From an uncultured delta proteobacterium (GTDB lineage: Bacteria; Myxococcota; Myxococcia; Myxococcales; Myxococcaceae), in assembly GCA_963776345.1 (NCBI GenBank), contig CAVZMH010000022.1, positions 480,001 to 544,000 of the forward strand: DNA of 64,000 nt, in the 5' to 3' direction. Shown here piece after piece: positions 10,701 through 20,038 of the stretch; the stretch's first letter is position 1; each line of letters opens with the position of its first letter. The notes under the pieces are model-generated. The model was not told the origin of the DNA, did not search any database, and was given only the letters and a program-made list of their open reading frames with translations. A program made the position numbers and the translations under genes.

Positions 10701-11103
10701 AGGCCGTCGAGCCGGCGCGATCGAGCGGGCGGCAGCCGGGATGGGTGGGATCCAGGAGGCACTGACTCGCCACCTGACTCACCCCGACGTTGCCGCAGGT
10801 CGAGGTCGCGTCCCGCCGGCTGTCGACACAGACGTCGCCCGGAAGCGAGGCGTAGGTGCAGACCGAGTCACAGGCGAACTGTTCGCAGGAAACCTGGCTC
10901 CCATCGTTGTCGCTCACACAGCTCGTGGTGCCAGGAGCCGCGGGGCAGATCGCGCCGCAGCGCGGAACCCCCGCCACCGCATCTCTCGAGGAGACTCCCG
11001 TCGGATGTGGAATCTGCTCGCCACATCCGAGCAGCCCCGTGAACACGACCCACCACAGGGCCGAGACGGCCCCAGCCCCTCGTCCCAAGGCGTTGGCAGA
11101 CAT
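7711..11103 (-). CDS. Large (~1100 aa) lipoprotein with Cys-rich N-terminus, LGFP-like repeats and a C-terminal PLAT-like domain; split by two frameshifts
   Basis: Three consecutive ORF pieces (10582-11115, 7676-10762, 7711-8640) join at ~10650 and ~8645; lipobox GLLGC; ALGLPTS, GGPQGPLGLP, QEFARAALY, DFEHGRL; TQTFDL..VSNLEDITQISV..LCIQGMTLVID. Confidence 0.7.
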
Positions 11104-11234
11104 CGGCATCTCCACGTGTCCGTGGTGGGACCGGCTCCAGTGCCACCCATGAGCTAACGAGAAAGCCTGGCCGACCCGGACATCGCCTCCGGACAGCCGG
11201 GGTCAGCGCGGTCACGAGATGTTTGGGCGCCGAG

Positions 11235-11789
11235 CTACCTCGACCAGGTTCGTTCCCGCCCGCTGGCCTGCCACGTCCCCGCCACCCGGGCCAACCGGAC
11301 GGCCCAGCCCTCGCCACGGGCACTCCCGGACGGCTCGGTCCCTTGCTTCCTCCAGACACCGAGCCTCACCACGGCAGTCGACGGCTCCGGGCGCTCGACG
11401 AGCTCGATCGTGACCCGCACCGTGCGGTCGACCGCATCCGCCCCGAGCCCGCGCTGGCGATCACAGGCGGACGCCGCAGCGACCCGCACCTGGAGCGGGG
11501 CGAGGGCCGCCAGTCCCTCCGGGTCCTCGTCCGCCACCTCCCACGTCGGTGGGTCATCCCCCAGGATGCGCACGTAGCCCAGGCAGTAGAGGAGGGGCGT
11601 GCCGTTCGAGGGCATCTCCATGCCGCGGAGAAGCCCGGTGTACGCAGCAACGCGCACATCTCGCTCCTGGCGCTCGTGCTGCTCCTCGAGATGAGCGCAG
11701 CTCGCCAGCAGTCCGAAGCACAGGAGCGTTCGCCCCGACCGCCCGGCCGGAAAGGCGGAGCCGCCCCGGATGGTCGACCTTCCCGTCAC
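11235..11789 (-). CDS. Hypothetical lipoprotein
   Basis: Lipobox GLLASC; ends with the beta-strand pattern VRLARVAGTWQ; start uncertain. Confidence 0.55.
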   Translation of the reverse strand: MTGRSTIRGGSAFPAGRSGRTLLCFGLLASCAHLEEQHERQERDVRVAAYTGLLRGMEMPSNGTPLLYCLGYVRILGDDPPTWEVADEDPEGLAALAPLQVRVAAASACDRQRGLGADAVDRTVRVTIELVERPEPSTAVVRLGVWRKQGTEPSGSARGEGWAVRLARVAGTWQASGRERTWSR

Positions 11790-11820
11790 CGCACCAGCTT
11801 GACCTCCAGCGAGCCCGCGG

Positions 11821-12289
11821 TCACTGGATCTCGCCGCGAATCTCTCCCGCCTTGCAGGCGCCGGTGTGGACGTTCACGTATCCCGCCCCACCGGCCTTGA
11901 GCGCGGTCACGAAGGTCGCGAAGTCGGGGGGAGCTCCGGTCGCGGCCACATAGTCCGCGGCGGTGACGGTCCTGGTGAACGGCGAATCGAGCGGAGCGCT
12001 GAAGGGTAGGACCACCGGCCCCGGCGCAGCCGCGGTACCCGAATGGATGTGACTGGCCGTCGCCGGTCCCGAGAGGCCGGAGTAGGTCACGTCGACGACC
12101 ACCGATGCGTTGTCCGTGGGAATCGTCACCTTCGCCGTTCCGGTCGCGCTCGTCCCGGCATCGGGACAGGCCGGCGTCTCGCTTGCGGGGGACAGGGTGA
12201 GATTGAACACCGTGGGTGTGGGAATCGCTGCCGCAGGCCACGGCCATGGCGGCCGAGACCAGAGACACAGCAATCAGGACGCTCTTCAT
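11821..12289 (-). CDS. CHRD-domain lipoprotein (frameshift at ~12220)
   Basis: GGAG RBS, MKSVLIAVSLVSAAMAVAC lipobox; second frame gives LSPASE, ATASHIHSG, YVNVHT..GEIRGEI CHRD motifs. Confidence 0.85.
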
Positions 12290-12575
12290 TGTCGCTCCCG
12301 GGTGCGTCGAAGGGACGAGCCTTCGGACTCACCCAGGCGGACACTCCGGCCGAGCGCCGTTGCGGAGCCGGCCATCTGGGTGCCTCCCCAGGGTTGAGGA
12401 TCCGACGCTCGCACCGACCGGCGTCGATCTGACCCGGCCGGTGGTGATCGGACGGTGGGCGAAGCGCCCGGTCTGGATCCTCGGCGCAACCTCGACGTCG
12501 GACCTCCGCTCTCACTGGGCGGACGGAGGTCTCCCCGGACGGTGAGTCAGCGTGGTGAGCCCTGCCCGTCGACGC

Positions 12576-13562
12576 TCAGCGGACGAAGTCGGTGATCGCC
12601 TTGATGAACAGGTCCGGCTGGTCGACGAAGGTCATGTGCCCCGAGTTGGGCAGCACGACCAGCTTGGATCCGGCAATCTTCGCGTTCATCTCGCGGGACA
12701 TCGCGGGATCGGATTCGTCGTGCTCGCCCACCAGGATGAGCGTCGGCACCTTGATCTCGGGGAGCCGGTCGACCCACTCGACCTCCCGCAGGTTGCCGTC
12801 GACCACGAACTCGCCATGCGAGCCCCACATGGTGCGATAGAGTTCCCAGGAGTTGGTGGTGTTCTGGAGCAGTGGGTCGTAGTTGGCGTCGGGGCGCGCG
12901 CCGTAGAGGTTGGGGAAGTAGCCGACGCCCCAGGCGAGCTTGGCGTACTCCTCTGGATAGCGGCCTCGCTCCCACGACTCGCCCGTGCCGAAGAGGCCGG
13001 CCCGCTCCAGCGCCTCGAGCCGCGCGCGCTTCTCGGCCGGCATTGCCTGCTTCATCCGGGCCAGCCCCTCGTTCAGCTCACGGGTGCTGGAGAACGTGCT
13101 GCCCAGAATCAGGTGGCTGAGATGGTCCTGGTACTTGAACGCGTAGGCCTGCACCACCACTCCGCCGTACGAGTGGCCGAGCAGCGCGATCTTGCCCAGC
13201 TGGAGCGCGGCCCGCACCGCCTCCACGTCGTCGGCCATCTTCTCCACGGTGTACTGACTGGTGTCCTCCAGCCGCGGCGAGCGGCCCGACCCTCGCTCGT
13301 CGATGAACACCAGCCGGTAGCTCGAGGCGAGCCGATACAGGTTGGGCAGGAGGTAATCGTGCGACGCGCCCGGCCCGCCGTGCACGACGACCAGGGGCGG
13401 ACCTCGCCCAACCGACTTGAAGTAGAGCAACACACCTCCGTTGTCGACGAGCCCCTCCTCGATGGTCATGACGGATGGGCGCACGGCGGTGGCCGGGGCG
13501 GCACAGGCGGCGAGCACCGTTCCCAGGGCGAGGGCCGTCAGCTTCAACGAGCGAGGGTTCAT
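12576..13562 (-). CDS. Proline iminopeptidase-family hydrolase (S33), lipoprotein
   Basis: VHGGPG, DERGSGRS, GHSYGG, GEHD, SGH catalytic motifs; lipobox VLAAC. Confidence 0.9.
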   Translation of the reverse strand: MNPRSLKLTALALGTVLAACAAPATAVRPSVMTIEEGLVDNGGVLLYFKSVGRGPPLVVVHGGPGASHDYLLPNLYRLASSYRLVFIDERGSGRSPRLEDTSQYTVEKMADDVEAVRAALQLGKIALLGHSYGGVVVQAYAFKYQDHLSHLILGSTFSSTRELNEGLARMKQAMPAEKRARLEALERAGLFGTGESWERGRYPEEYAKLAWGVGYFPNLYGARPDANYDPLLQNTTNSWELYRTMWGSHGEFVVDGNLREVEWVDRLPEIKVPTLILVGEHDESDPAMSREMNAKIAGSKLVVLPNSGHMTFVDQPDLFIKAITDFVR

Positions 13563-13613
13563 GAGACCGACGTTAGTCGGACGGACGACCCGGCGCTCCG
13601 GCAAATGGGCTCC

Positions 13614-15710
13614 TCACCAGACCCGGACGCGGTCCTTCGGCGCGAGGTACAGCGCCTGCCCGGGCTTCACCTCGAACGCCGGATACCAGGCGTCCAGATT
13701 CCGCACCGTCTGGGTGCGGTAGGCGTCCGGGGCATGGCCATCGCTCACGATGAGCTGCCGCAGCAGCGGCTCGCGCCACTTCGTGCGCCACGACTGGGCG
13801 TAGCCGAGGAAGAACTGCTGCTCGCCGGTGAAGCCCTGGACCGCTGGCGCAGGGCTGCCGCCGAGTGAGGCCTGCCACGCGTCGTGTGCCGCGGCAAGGC
13901 CCGCGAGGTCGGCGATGTTCTCGCTCAGCGTCTGCTTCCCGTTCACGTGGAGGTCCGGGAAGGGCTGGTACCCGTCGTACTGGGCGGCGAGCTGGGCGCC
14001 GGAGGCCTCGAAGTGCGCCAGGTCCTCCTTGGTCCACCAGTTCTCGAGCTTGCCGGTGGCGTCGAAGAGCGCGCCCTGATCGTCGAAGCTGTGGCTGATC
14101 TCGTGCCCGATGGTCGCGCCGATGGAGCCGTAGTTGACCGACGCCGGTGCGTCGGGATCGAAGTAGGGCGGCTGGAGGATTGCGGCCGGGAAGCTCAGCG
14201 CGTTCCGCATCGGCAGGTTCACCGCGTTCACCACGTGTGGGTTCATGCACCAGGACGTCCGGTCGACCGGTCTGCCGAGGTCGGCGAGCCGCTGCCGGAG
14301 GTGGAAGCGCTCGGCGCGCTCGACGTTCCCCACCAGGTCGCCGCGGACGACCTCGAGCCCCGACCAGTCGGACCAGTGGTCGGGATAGCCCACGCCGACG
14401 TAGAGCGCCTCCACCTTCGCCTTGGCCTGCGCCTTCGTCGACGGCGCCATCCAGTCGAGCGCGTCGATGCGGCGGACGAAGGCCTCGGCGATGGACTTCA
14501 CCATCCGGGAGGCCTTGGCCTTCGCCTCGGGCGTGAAGTGTCGCTCGACGTAGAGGCGTCCCACCGCCTCGCCGACGAGGGCGTCGAGCCAGTCCTGCGA
14601 CCGCTTCCAGCGCGCGGCCTGCTCCGTCGCCCCGCCGAGCACGCGCCCGTAGAAGGCGAAGTCCTCGCTCTGGAACGCCTTGCCCAGGAACGCGGCGCGG
14701 CGGTCGATGGCGTGAAAGGTCGCCCAGTCCTTCCAGCGCTCGAGCGGCTCCCGTGCGACGAGCGCCGAGAGGCCCGCGGTGGCCTGCGGGTGCCAGGCGA
14801 AGACGGTCGGCTGGGTGTCGAGCGCGGCCGCCGCGAAGAAGCGCGCCCAGTCGAGGCCCGGCGCGCGGCGCGCCCATTCGGTCCGAGGCCACGGGTTGTT
14901 GGCGTTCTTGACCTCCAGCGACTCGAGGCGGGTCGCATGCACCTGGGCCATCTTCGTCTCGAGGGCCAGCACGCCCGCAGCCCGCCGGGCCGCGTCCTTG
15001 ATGCCTGCCAGCCCGAGCACCGCCTCGACGTGCGCGCGGTACTTCTCGCGGGTCTCGACCATCTTCGGCGCGGTCGACAGGTAGTACTCCCGGTCGGGGA
15101 GGCCGAGGCCGCCCTGGAGCAGGTAGGGCACGCTCCGCGCCGGAGCGGTCGGATCCGGCGCTACCCACAACCCGAAGAGCCGTGAGGTGTGGAAGTTGGT
15201 GCAGTCGATCGCGTCGACGTCGGCGCGGAGCTCCTCGCCGAGGTAGGTGGCGAGATCGGCGCGCGTCTTCACCGTGGCGATGCGGGAAAGCGCCGGCTGG
15301 AGGGGCGCGAGGCCCTTCGGCTCGATCGCGGCCTCGTCCATGGCCGAGGCGTAGAAGTCGCCGATTTTGCGCTCCAGCGAGCCCGGTGCAGCGTTCGAGC
15401 TGGCGGCGGCCTCGAGGAGTGCGCGGGTCTGCATCCGGAGCCGCTCCTCGAGCTCGCCGGCCACGCCCCACACGGCGCGGTCGGGCGGGATCTCGGTCGT
15501 CGCGAACCACTTCCCGTTGGCGTAGCCGAAGAAGTCGTCGCCCGGCCGGACCGAGGTGTCCATGGCTCCGAGGTCGATCGGGCCGGCGGAGGCACTGGCG
15601 GCGGGCGCGGGCGCTGTGATGGGGCCCGGAGGCCGTGTCGCCGAGGTCTGGGCACAGGCGGTCGCGACGAGGACGACGGCGATCGAGAGGAGACGGGAGA
15701 GGGAAGGCAT
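13614..15710 (-). CDS. M13 family zinc metallopeptidase (neprilysin/PepO-like), lipoprotein
   Basis: RPGDDFFGYANG, VNA, GHEISHSFD, ENIADLAG, DGHAP motifs. Confidence 0.95.
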   Translation of the reverse strand: MPSLSRLLSIAVVLVATACAQTSATRPPGPITAPAPAASASAGPIDLGAMDTSVRPGDDFFGYANGKWFATTEIPPDRAVWGVAGELEERLRMQTRALLEAAASSNAAPGSLERKIGDFYASAMDEAAIEPKGLAPLQPALSRIATVKTRADLATYLGEELRADVDAIDCTNFHTSRLFGLWVAPDPTAPARSVPYLLQGGLGLPDREYYLSTAPKMVETREKYRAHVEAVLGLAGIKDAARRAAGVLALETKMAQVHATRLESLEVKNANNPWPRTEWARRAPGLDWARFFAAAALDTQPTVFAWHPQATAGLSALVAREPLERWKDWATFHAIDRRAAFLGKAFQSEDFAFYGRVLGGATEQAARWKRSQDWLDALVGEAVGRLYVERHFTPEAKAKASRMVKSIAEAFVRRIDALDWMAPSTKAQAKAKVEALYVGVGYPDHWSDWSGLEVVRGDLVGNVERAERFHLRQRLADLGRPVDRTSWCMNPHVVNAVNLPMRNALSFPAAILQPPYFDPDAPASVNYGSIGATIGHEISHSFDDQGALFDATGKLENWWTKEDLAHFEASGAQLAAQYDGYQPFPDLHVNGKQTLSENIADLAGLAAAHDAWQASLGGSPAPAVQGFTGEQQFFLGYAQSWRTKWREPLLRQLIVSDGHAPDAYRTQTVRNLDAWYPAFEVKPGQALYLAPKDRVRVW

Positions 15711-16069
15711 CACGGTCGCGCTACCCGCACGAGGGGAGACACGGCAAGGCCGAATCCGCGAGCTGCGCCCAATCCGCCGTCGAACAGCGTCATCCGAGGG
15801 AGCGGGCTCGGCCCCGCGGAAACCGGCGAGGACCTGGAACCGGCACCTCGTCTCGGACGCTGCTCGGCGGGGAGGCCTCGCGACCTGCGCGCGCCGTGGC
15901 CTCGACCGACGGCTCGTGGAGAATCGTCCGCGCGCACCGCGGCGCAAGGTGAGAAGACACCGCTCGCGTCGTTCGTTGCGCCGCTCGATGCACTTTTCTT
16001 GTGGAGCGTTCGCGGTGACGGAAGGGCGAGGGTGCATGCAAGGCTTCAGTGAAAGTGAGGCCGAACCTC

Positions 16070-16861
16070 ATGCACGTCTCCCGATTCACCAAAGCGACGA
16101 CCACCATCCCCATCGCCCTGTCAGTCCTGCTCGGCTCTGCCGCCGGCTGTGGATCCAGCACACAGCAGATCGAGTCCAGCATCGGCCCGGGCGGCGGCTC
16201 GCTGTCTCTGCCAAGCCCCGCGGTCCGGCTCGACGTCCCGGCGGGAGCGCTCACCGCGACGACCACGGTCTCCCTGCGCGCGAGCGCCGACGCTCAGGGA
16301 CTCCTTGTGACGCTCGAGCCCGCCCAGCTCGCGCTGGCCCGGCCGGCCCAGCTCTCGGTCTCGCTGGACGGGCCCCGGCACATCTCCAGCGTGACGGAGG
16401 TCAGCCGCGGCGGGGAGCAACCCATCGGGGTGGACGCCCGCATCGAGGGTTCCTCCGGCGCCAGCACCCGGCTCCACCTCGATCACCTCACGCAGGTCCG
16501 GGTGTCCACCGAGGAGGTGAGCGACGGTGGCATCGCACCCGGGGCGTGCCACGGGCACGGCGATGGGATGGACGGTGATGGCCACGAGGGCGATGGGATG
16601 GAGGGTGATGGCCACGAGGGCGACGGCGACCACCGCGACGGCGGCGTGGACGATGACGGTGGGCCCGATGGCGGCGTGGACGATGACGGTGGGCCCGATG
16701 GCGGCGTGGTCGCGTCGGGGGCCTGCCAGGCCGGCTTCGAGTGCGATGACGGCGTGTGCGTCGCCCCCGGCGGGAACGACGAGCACCACGACGACTGCCC
16801 GGGCGCCGACGGCGGAACGTGCTCGGACGACCAGGAGCACCGCGACGGCGGCCACCCCTGA
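16070..16861 (+). CDS. Lipoprotein with ZU5-like domain and acidic Asp/Gly/His repeat tail
   Basis: Lipobox SAAGC; IGPGGGSL..VRLDVPAGAL, LDHLT; GDGMDGDGHE and DGGVDDDGGP repeats; Cys cluster CQAGFECDDGVC. Confidence 0.7.
   Translation: MHVSRFTKATTTIPIALSVLLGSAAGCGSSTQQIESSIGPGGGSLSLPSPAVRLDVPAGALTATTTVSLRASADAQGLLVTLEPAQLALARPAQLSVSLDGPRHISSVTEVSRGGEQPIGVDARIEGSSGASTRLHLDHLTQVRVSTEEVSDGGIAPGACHGHGDGMDGDGHEGDGMEGDGHEGDGDHRDGGVDDDGGPDGGVDDDGGPDGGVVASGACQAGFECDDGVCVAPGGNDEHHDDCPGADGGTCSDDQEHRDGGHP
16561..16709 (+). repeat. Two in-frame 30-bp tandem duplications
   Basis: 16561-16590 vs 16591-16620 (1 mismatch); 16641-16670 vs 16671-16700 identical, with a partial third copy to 16709. Confidence 0.95.
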
Positions 16862-16928
16862 CGGTCTCGCCCCGCGTAGAGCAACGGTCCCCGGGCGGGC
16901 GTGCCGCGAGGCGTCCGCCCGGACCTAT

Positions 16929-17687
16929 CTAGGCGGCTGTCGAGCGCTCGAAGTTTCGACCCAGCGAGTATGCGCGATCCAGATAACGACGCCGGGTCTC
17001 GTCGGTCGCGCCGTTGACCGCGTAGAAGTAGACGTGCTCAACGGTTCGGATGCCCGGGTAGTGGAGGCACCACTCATCCATCAGGCGCTTCATCGCCTCG
17101 CCGAAGCCCAACCCGTACGCTTCTTCGTTGAAGATCGTCGTGTTGATGATCAGCGCTTTCTCGTGCTTCAGCAGGGGAATCCGACCCCCGACGTCGCCTC
17201 GCCAACCGGCCTCCGAGAGCCCAAAGGCGAACCCCAGGGTGAAGACCCGATCGAACCATCCCTTCAGGATCGCGGGGAAGCCGACGAACCAGACCGGTGA
17301 GATGAAGACCAGCGCCTGGGCTGCGGCGACCCTTCGTTGTTGCTCGAGGACGTCCTTGGGCCTGTGTTCTTCGCGCAAGGCCCTGATGAGCGCGCGTGGG
17401 TCCTTCTCGCCAATCCAGCGCCTCACCAGGAATCGGCGCAGCGGCCCCCCAGCGCTGTCGAGCAACCCCTGTTTCAGGTTCGCCCGGTCCAGGATGTCCT
17501 GCGGAACGTTCTCATCCATCCAGTTCGGCCCGTCCCGATCACGCCACACCGGATCGAAGCCAATGCCGTAGAGATCGATGATCTCGCTGGAATGGCCGGC
17601 GTCGGCAAGGCCCTTGGTGAACTGCTCGAGGACGGCGTGACAAAACGACCTGGGACTCGGGTGCGCATAGATCGTGAGGACCTTCAT
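16929..17687 (-). CDS. NAD(P)H-dependent oxidoreductase, flavodoxin-like fold (Flavodoxin_2/quinone reductase)
   Basis: IYAHPSPRSF, DLYGIGFDP, PVWFVGFPAILKGWFDRVF; GGAGG RBS. Confidence 0.9.
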   Translation of the reverse strand: MKVLTIYAHPSPRSFCHAVLEQFTKGLADAGHSSEIIDLYGIGFDPVWRDRDGPNWMDENVPQDILDRANLKQGLLDSAGGPLRRFLVRRWIGEKDPRALIRALREEHRPKDVLEQQRRVAAAQALVFISPVWFVGFPAILKGWFDRVFTLGFAFGLSEAGWRGDVGGRIPLLKHEKALIINTTIFNEEAYGLGFGEAMKRLMDEWCLHYPGIRTVEHVYFYAVNGATDETRRRYLDRAYSLGRNFERSTAA

Positions 17688-17743
17688 CGCTCCCTCCGCG
17701 CTGGCAGCGGGGTGTCTACCTGTCGGGTTTGACTGCGACTGGT

Positions 17744-19357
17744 CTAGGTCCTCACGTCACACTGCAGGATCGGCGCGGTCTTCACGCAGGTGATGCTCGC
17801 GCTGCGGCCCATGAACCCGCGGGCCATGTCGATCGCTTCGCCCAGCGTGTCCGCGCGCTCCCAGCCCAGCAGCTCCGGGACGTGGTTGTTCTCGGCGCCC
17901 GCGCAGATGACCTTGCCCACGTGCTGCCGGCCGTTCTCGCCCCAGTACCACATGTAGAAGGGGTGAGCGCCGTGGTACGCGTGGCCCTTCCGGTACAGGT
18001 GCACGTACGAGGGGTTCTCCGCGAACTCGCGCTCGTACATGTGCTCGAGCTTCATCGCATCCCGCGTCTCGGGCAGCAGGCGGTTGAAGAACTCGATGTA
18101 GCTCGGGTGGTGCTCGGGATCGAACTCGTCGTACGCCGGGTGGCAGAGGATGATGACGCCGCCCTTCTTCACCAGCGGCACGCCCCGGTTCAGGTTGAAC
18201 AGGTACCCGAGCCCCATCACCTGGACCAGCAGCGGGTTCAGGATCGAGTTCACGTTGTACGGCGAGATGTACGGCACGCCGTAGATGACGACGTCGCTCT
18301 GCCCGTCGATCGGCACCGAGTACTGCTTCCAGCACAGCTCCAGCGTCTTCTCGTGGCAGGGCTCGGTCGCGCCCGCGTTCACCCCGGTCACGTTGTAAGG
18401 CGCCGGGATGTTCATGAACAGCTTCCGCTTTGCCGCCCGCGGCAGCTTGGACAGCGTGTACTTCAGGCCCTGGAACTTCAGCCGGTCGAACTCGGTGTAG
18501 TCCTCCTCCTTCTTGCCGAGGAAGCCGGTCGGACCGTCGAACATCCGGTTGTTCAGCGCGGTCTCGATGTGGAAGACCTTCAGGCTCTTGTCGATCACCC
18601 GGCCGATGCGCTCGGTGCTCCGGTGGAGCGCGCTCCGGCTCGGCTCCATGTAGCTCTCGGAGTCGCGGATGGTCTTGGGGTTGTGGTGCGCCCGTAGCGA
18701 GGCGTAGTTCGCCAGCCCCGTGCCCACCGACTTGTGCCCGCCGTCCATCGGCACCAGGTTGATGTTCACGTAGATCAGGAGGTCACTCTCGGCCGCCCGG
18801 CGGTTGATCGCCACCACCTCGCCGGCGGACGTGCGCTCCAGCTCCACGATGCCGTCCGGATCCTCGGCGTCGTGGTTGTAGTAGCGGTCGGGGTAGTAGG
18901 CGTCGAAGATCTTCGAGCCCACCATCCGCCGCATCTCCGACTCGGTCATCCGGCGGTGGAGCGCGTTGGCGATGACCAGATGCACGTCGTCCACGCCCGA
19001 GTCGGTCAACAGCTCGAGCACGATCTCGAGGATTGTCTGCCGCACGTCCGGCAGCGCCATCGGCGGCAGGGGCAGCGAGATGTCGTCGATCGCCACCGTC
19101 ACCTTCATCCCCGGCCGGAGCAGCGCGTGCAGCGGGTCCATCCCCTCCGGGTGGTTCAGCGCCCAGCGGATCGCCGCCTTCACGTTGGGCACGCCCTGCA
19201 GCGGCTGGCGGGGGAACACCACGCGGGTGTCCAGCGGCAGGTCCTCGAGCAGGAAGTCCTCCCCGAAGAAGAGCACCCGGGGCGGGCTGCCCTTCTCGGT
19301 CACCACCACGTGGCGTTCCTCGTCGTAGAGCCGCTTCAGCGTCTTGAGCTGGCGCAT
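17744..19357 (-). CDS. Lactate-racemase (LarA/DUF2088) domain protein; likely ElbC-like
   Basis: [34 protein letters not shown]; third gene of the epimerase-HAD operon. Confidence 0.85.
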   Translation of the reverse strand: MRQLKTLKRLYDEERHVVVTEKGSPPRVLFFGEDFLLEDLPLDTRVVFPRQPLQGVPNVKAAIRWALNHPEGMDPLHALLRPGMKVTVAIDDISLPLPPMALPDVRQTILEIVLELLTDSGVDDVHLVIANALHRRMTESEMRRMVGSKIFDAYYPDRYYNHDAEDPDGIVELERTSAGEVVAINRRAAESDLLIYVNINLVPMDGGHKSVGTGLANYASLRAHHNPKTIRDSESYMEPSRSALHRSTERIGRVIDKSLKVFHIETALNNRMFDGPTGFLGKKEEDYTEFDRLKFQGLKYTLSKLPRAAKRKLFMNIPAPYNVTGVNAGATEPCHEKTLELCWKQYSVPIDGQSDVVIYGVPYISPYNVNSILNPLLVQVMGLGYLFNLNRGVPLVKKGGVIILCHPAYDEFDPEHHPSYIEFFNRLLPETRDAMKLEHMYEREFAENPSYVHLYRKGHAYHGAHPFYMWYWGENGRQHVGKVICAGAENNHVPELLGWERADTLGEAIDMARGFMGRSASITCVKTAPILQCDVRT

Positions 19358-19371
19358 CCCGGGGATCCTCT

Positions 19372-20038
19372 CTAGCGCAGATCGAGCACCGGCCAGTGGT
19401 ACGCCCGGGCGATGGACCGGAGCCGCACGTCCGGGTTCACCGCCGTGGGCCGGCCCACCATGGCCAGCATCGCGTAGTCGCTGAAGCTGTCGGAGTAGGC
19501 GAAGCTCTGGTCCAGCTGCAGCTCGTGCTTCACGCAGTACTCGCGGATGGCGTTGGCCTTGTTCGCCCCCTCGATGATCGGGGGAATCGACCTTTCCGGT
19601 CGCGAAGCCCCCGACGAACTGCATCTTGTTGGCGATGACGTCGTCGGCGCGCAGGTGCCGGGCCAGGGGGAGGACGGTGAAGTCCAGCGCGCCGGTGATC
19701 AGCACGATGCGGCACCCGGCGCGTCGCGCCTCGTCGATCAGGTCCTGCGCCTTGGGGAAGATGGCCGGCTTCAGCACGTCCTCCAGCAGCTCCTCGGCGA
19801 GCACCACCAGCCGGTCCTCGGACAGCCCCTCGTAGGCCCGGTAGAAGTACTCGTTGAAGACCTTCCGGTTGATGAGGTCCAGCCCTGCATAGACCGGGAT
19901 CTGGGCCACCGTGGCCAGCGTCCGCGCCGCGATGCCGGTCAGGGAGCCCCGGTTCATCGCGTAGTACGCGTAGGTGTGGACGATGTTCGTCCGCACCAGC
20001 GTTCCGTCGACGTCGTAGAAAGCCGCCTTGGCGCTCAT
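19372..20038 (-). CDS. HAD-IB family phosphatase (ElbB-like), frameshift at ~19590
   Basis: [14 protein letters not shown]; after the shift [16 protein letters not shown]...AVNPD. Confidence 0.9.

Noticed and set aside
16561..16709. Tandem repeats as a CRISPR array or regulatory iterons
   Set aside because: No spacers; in-frame 30-bp units inside a coding sequence
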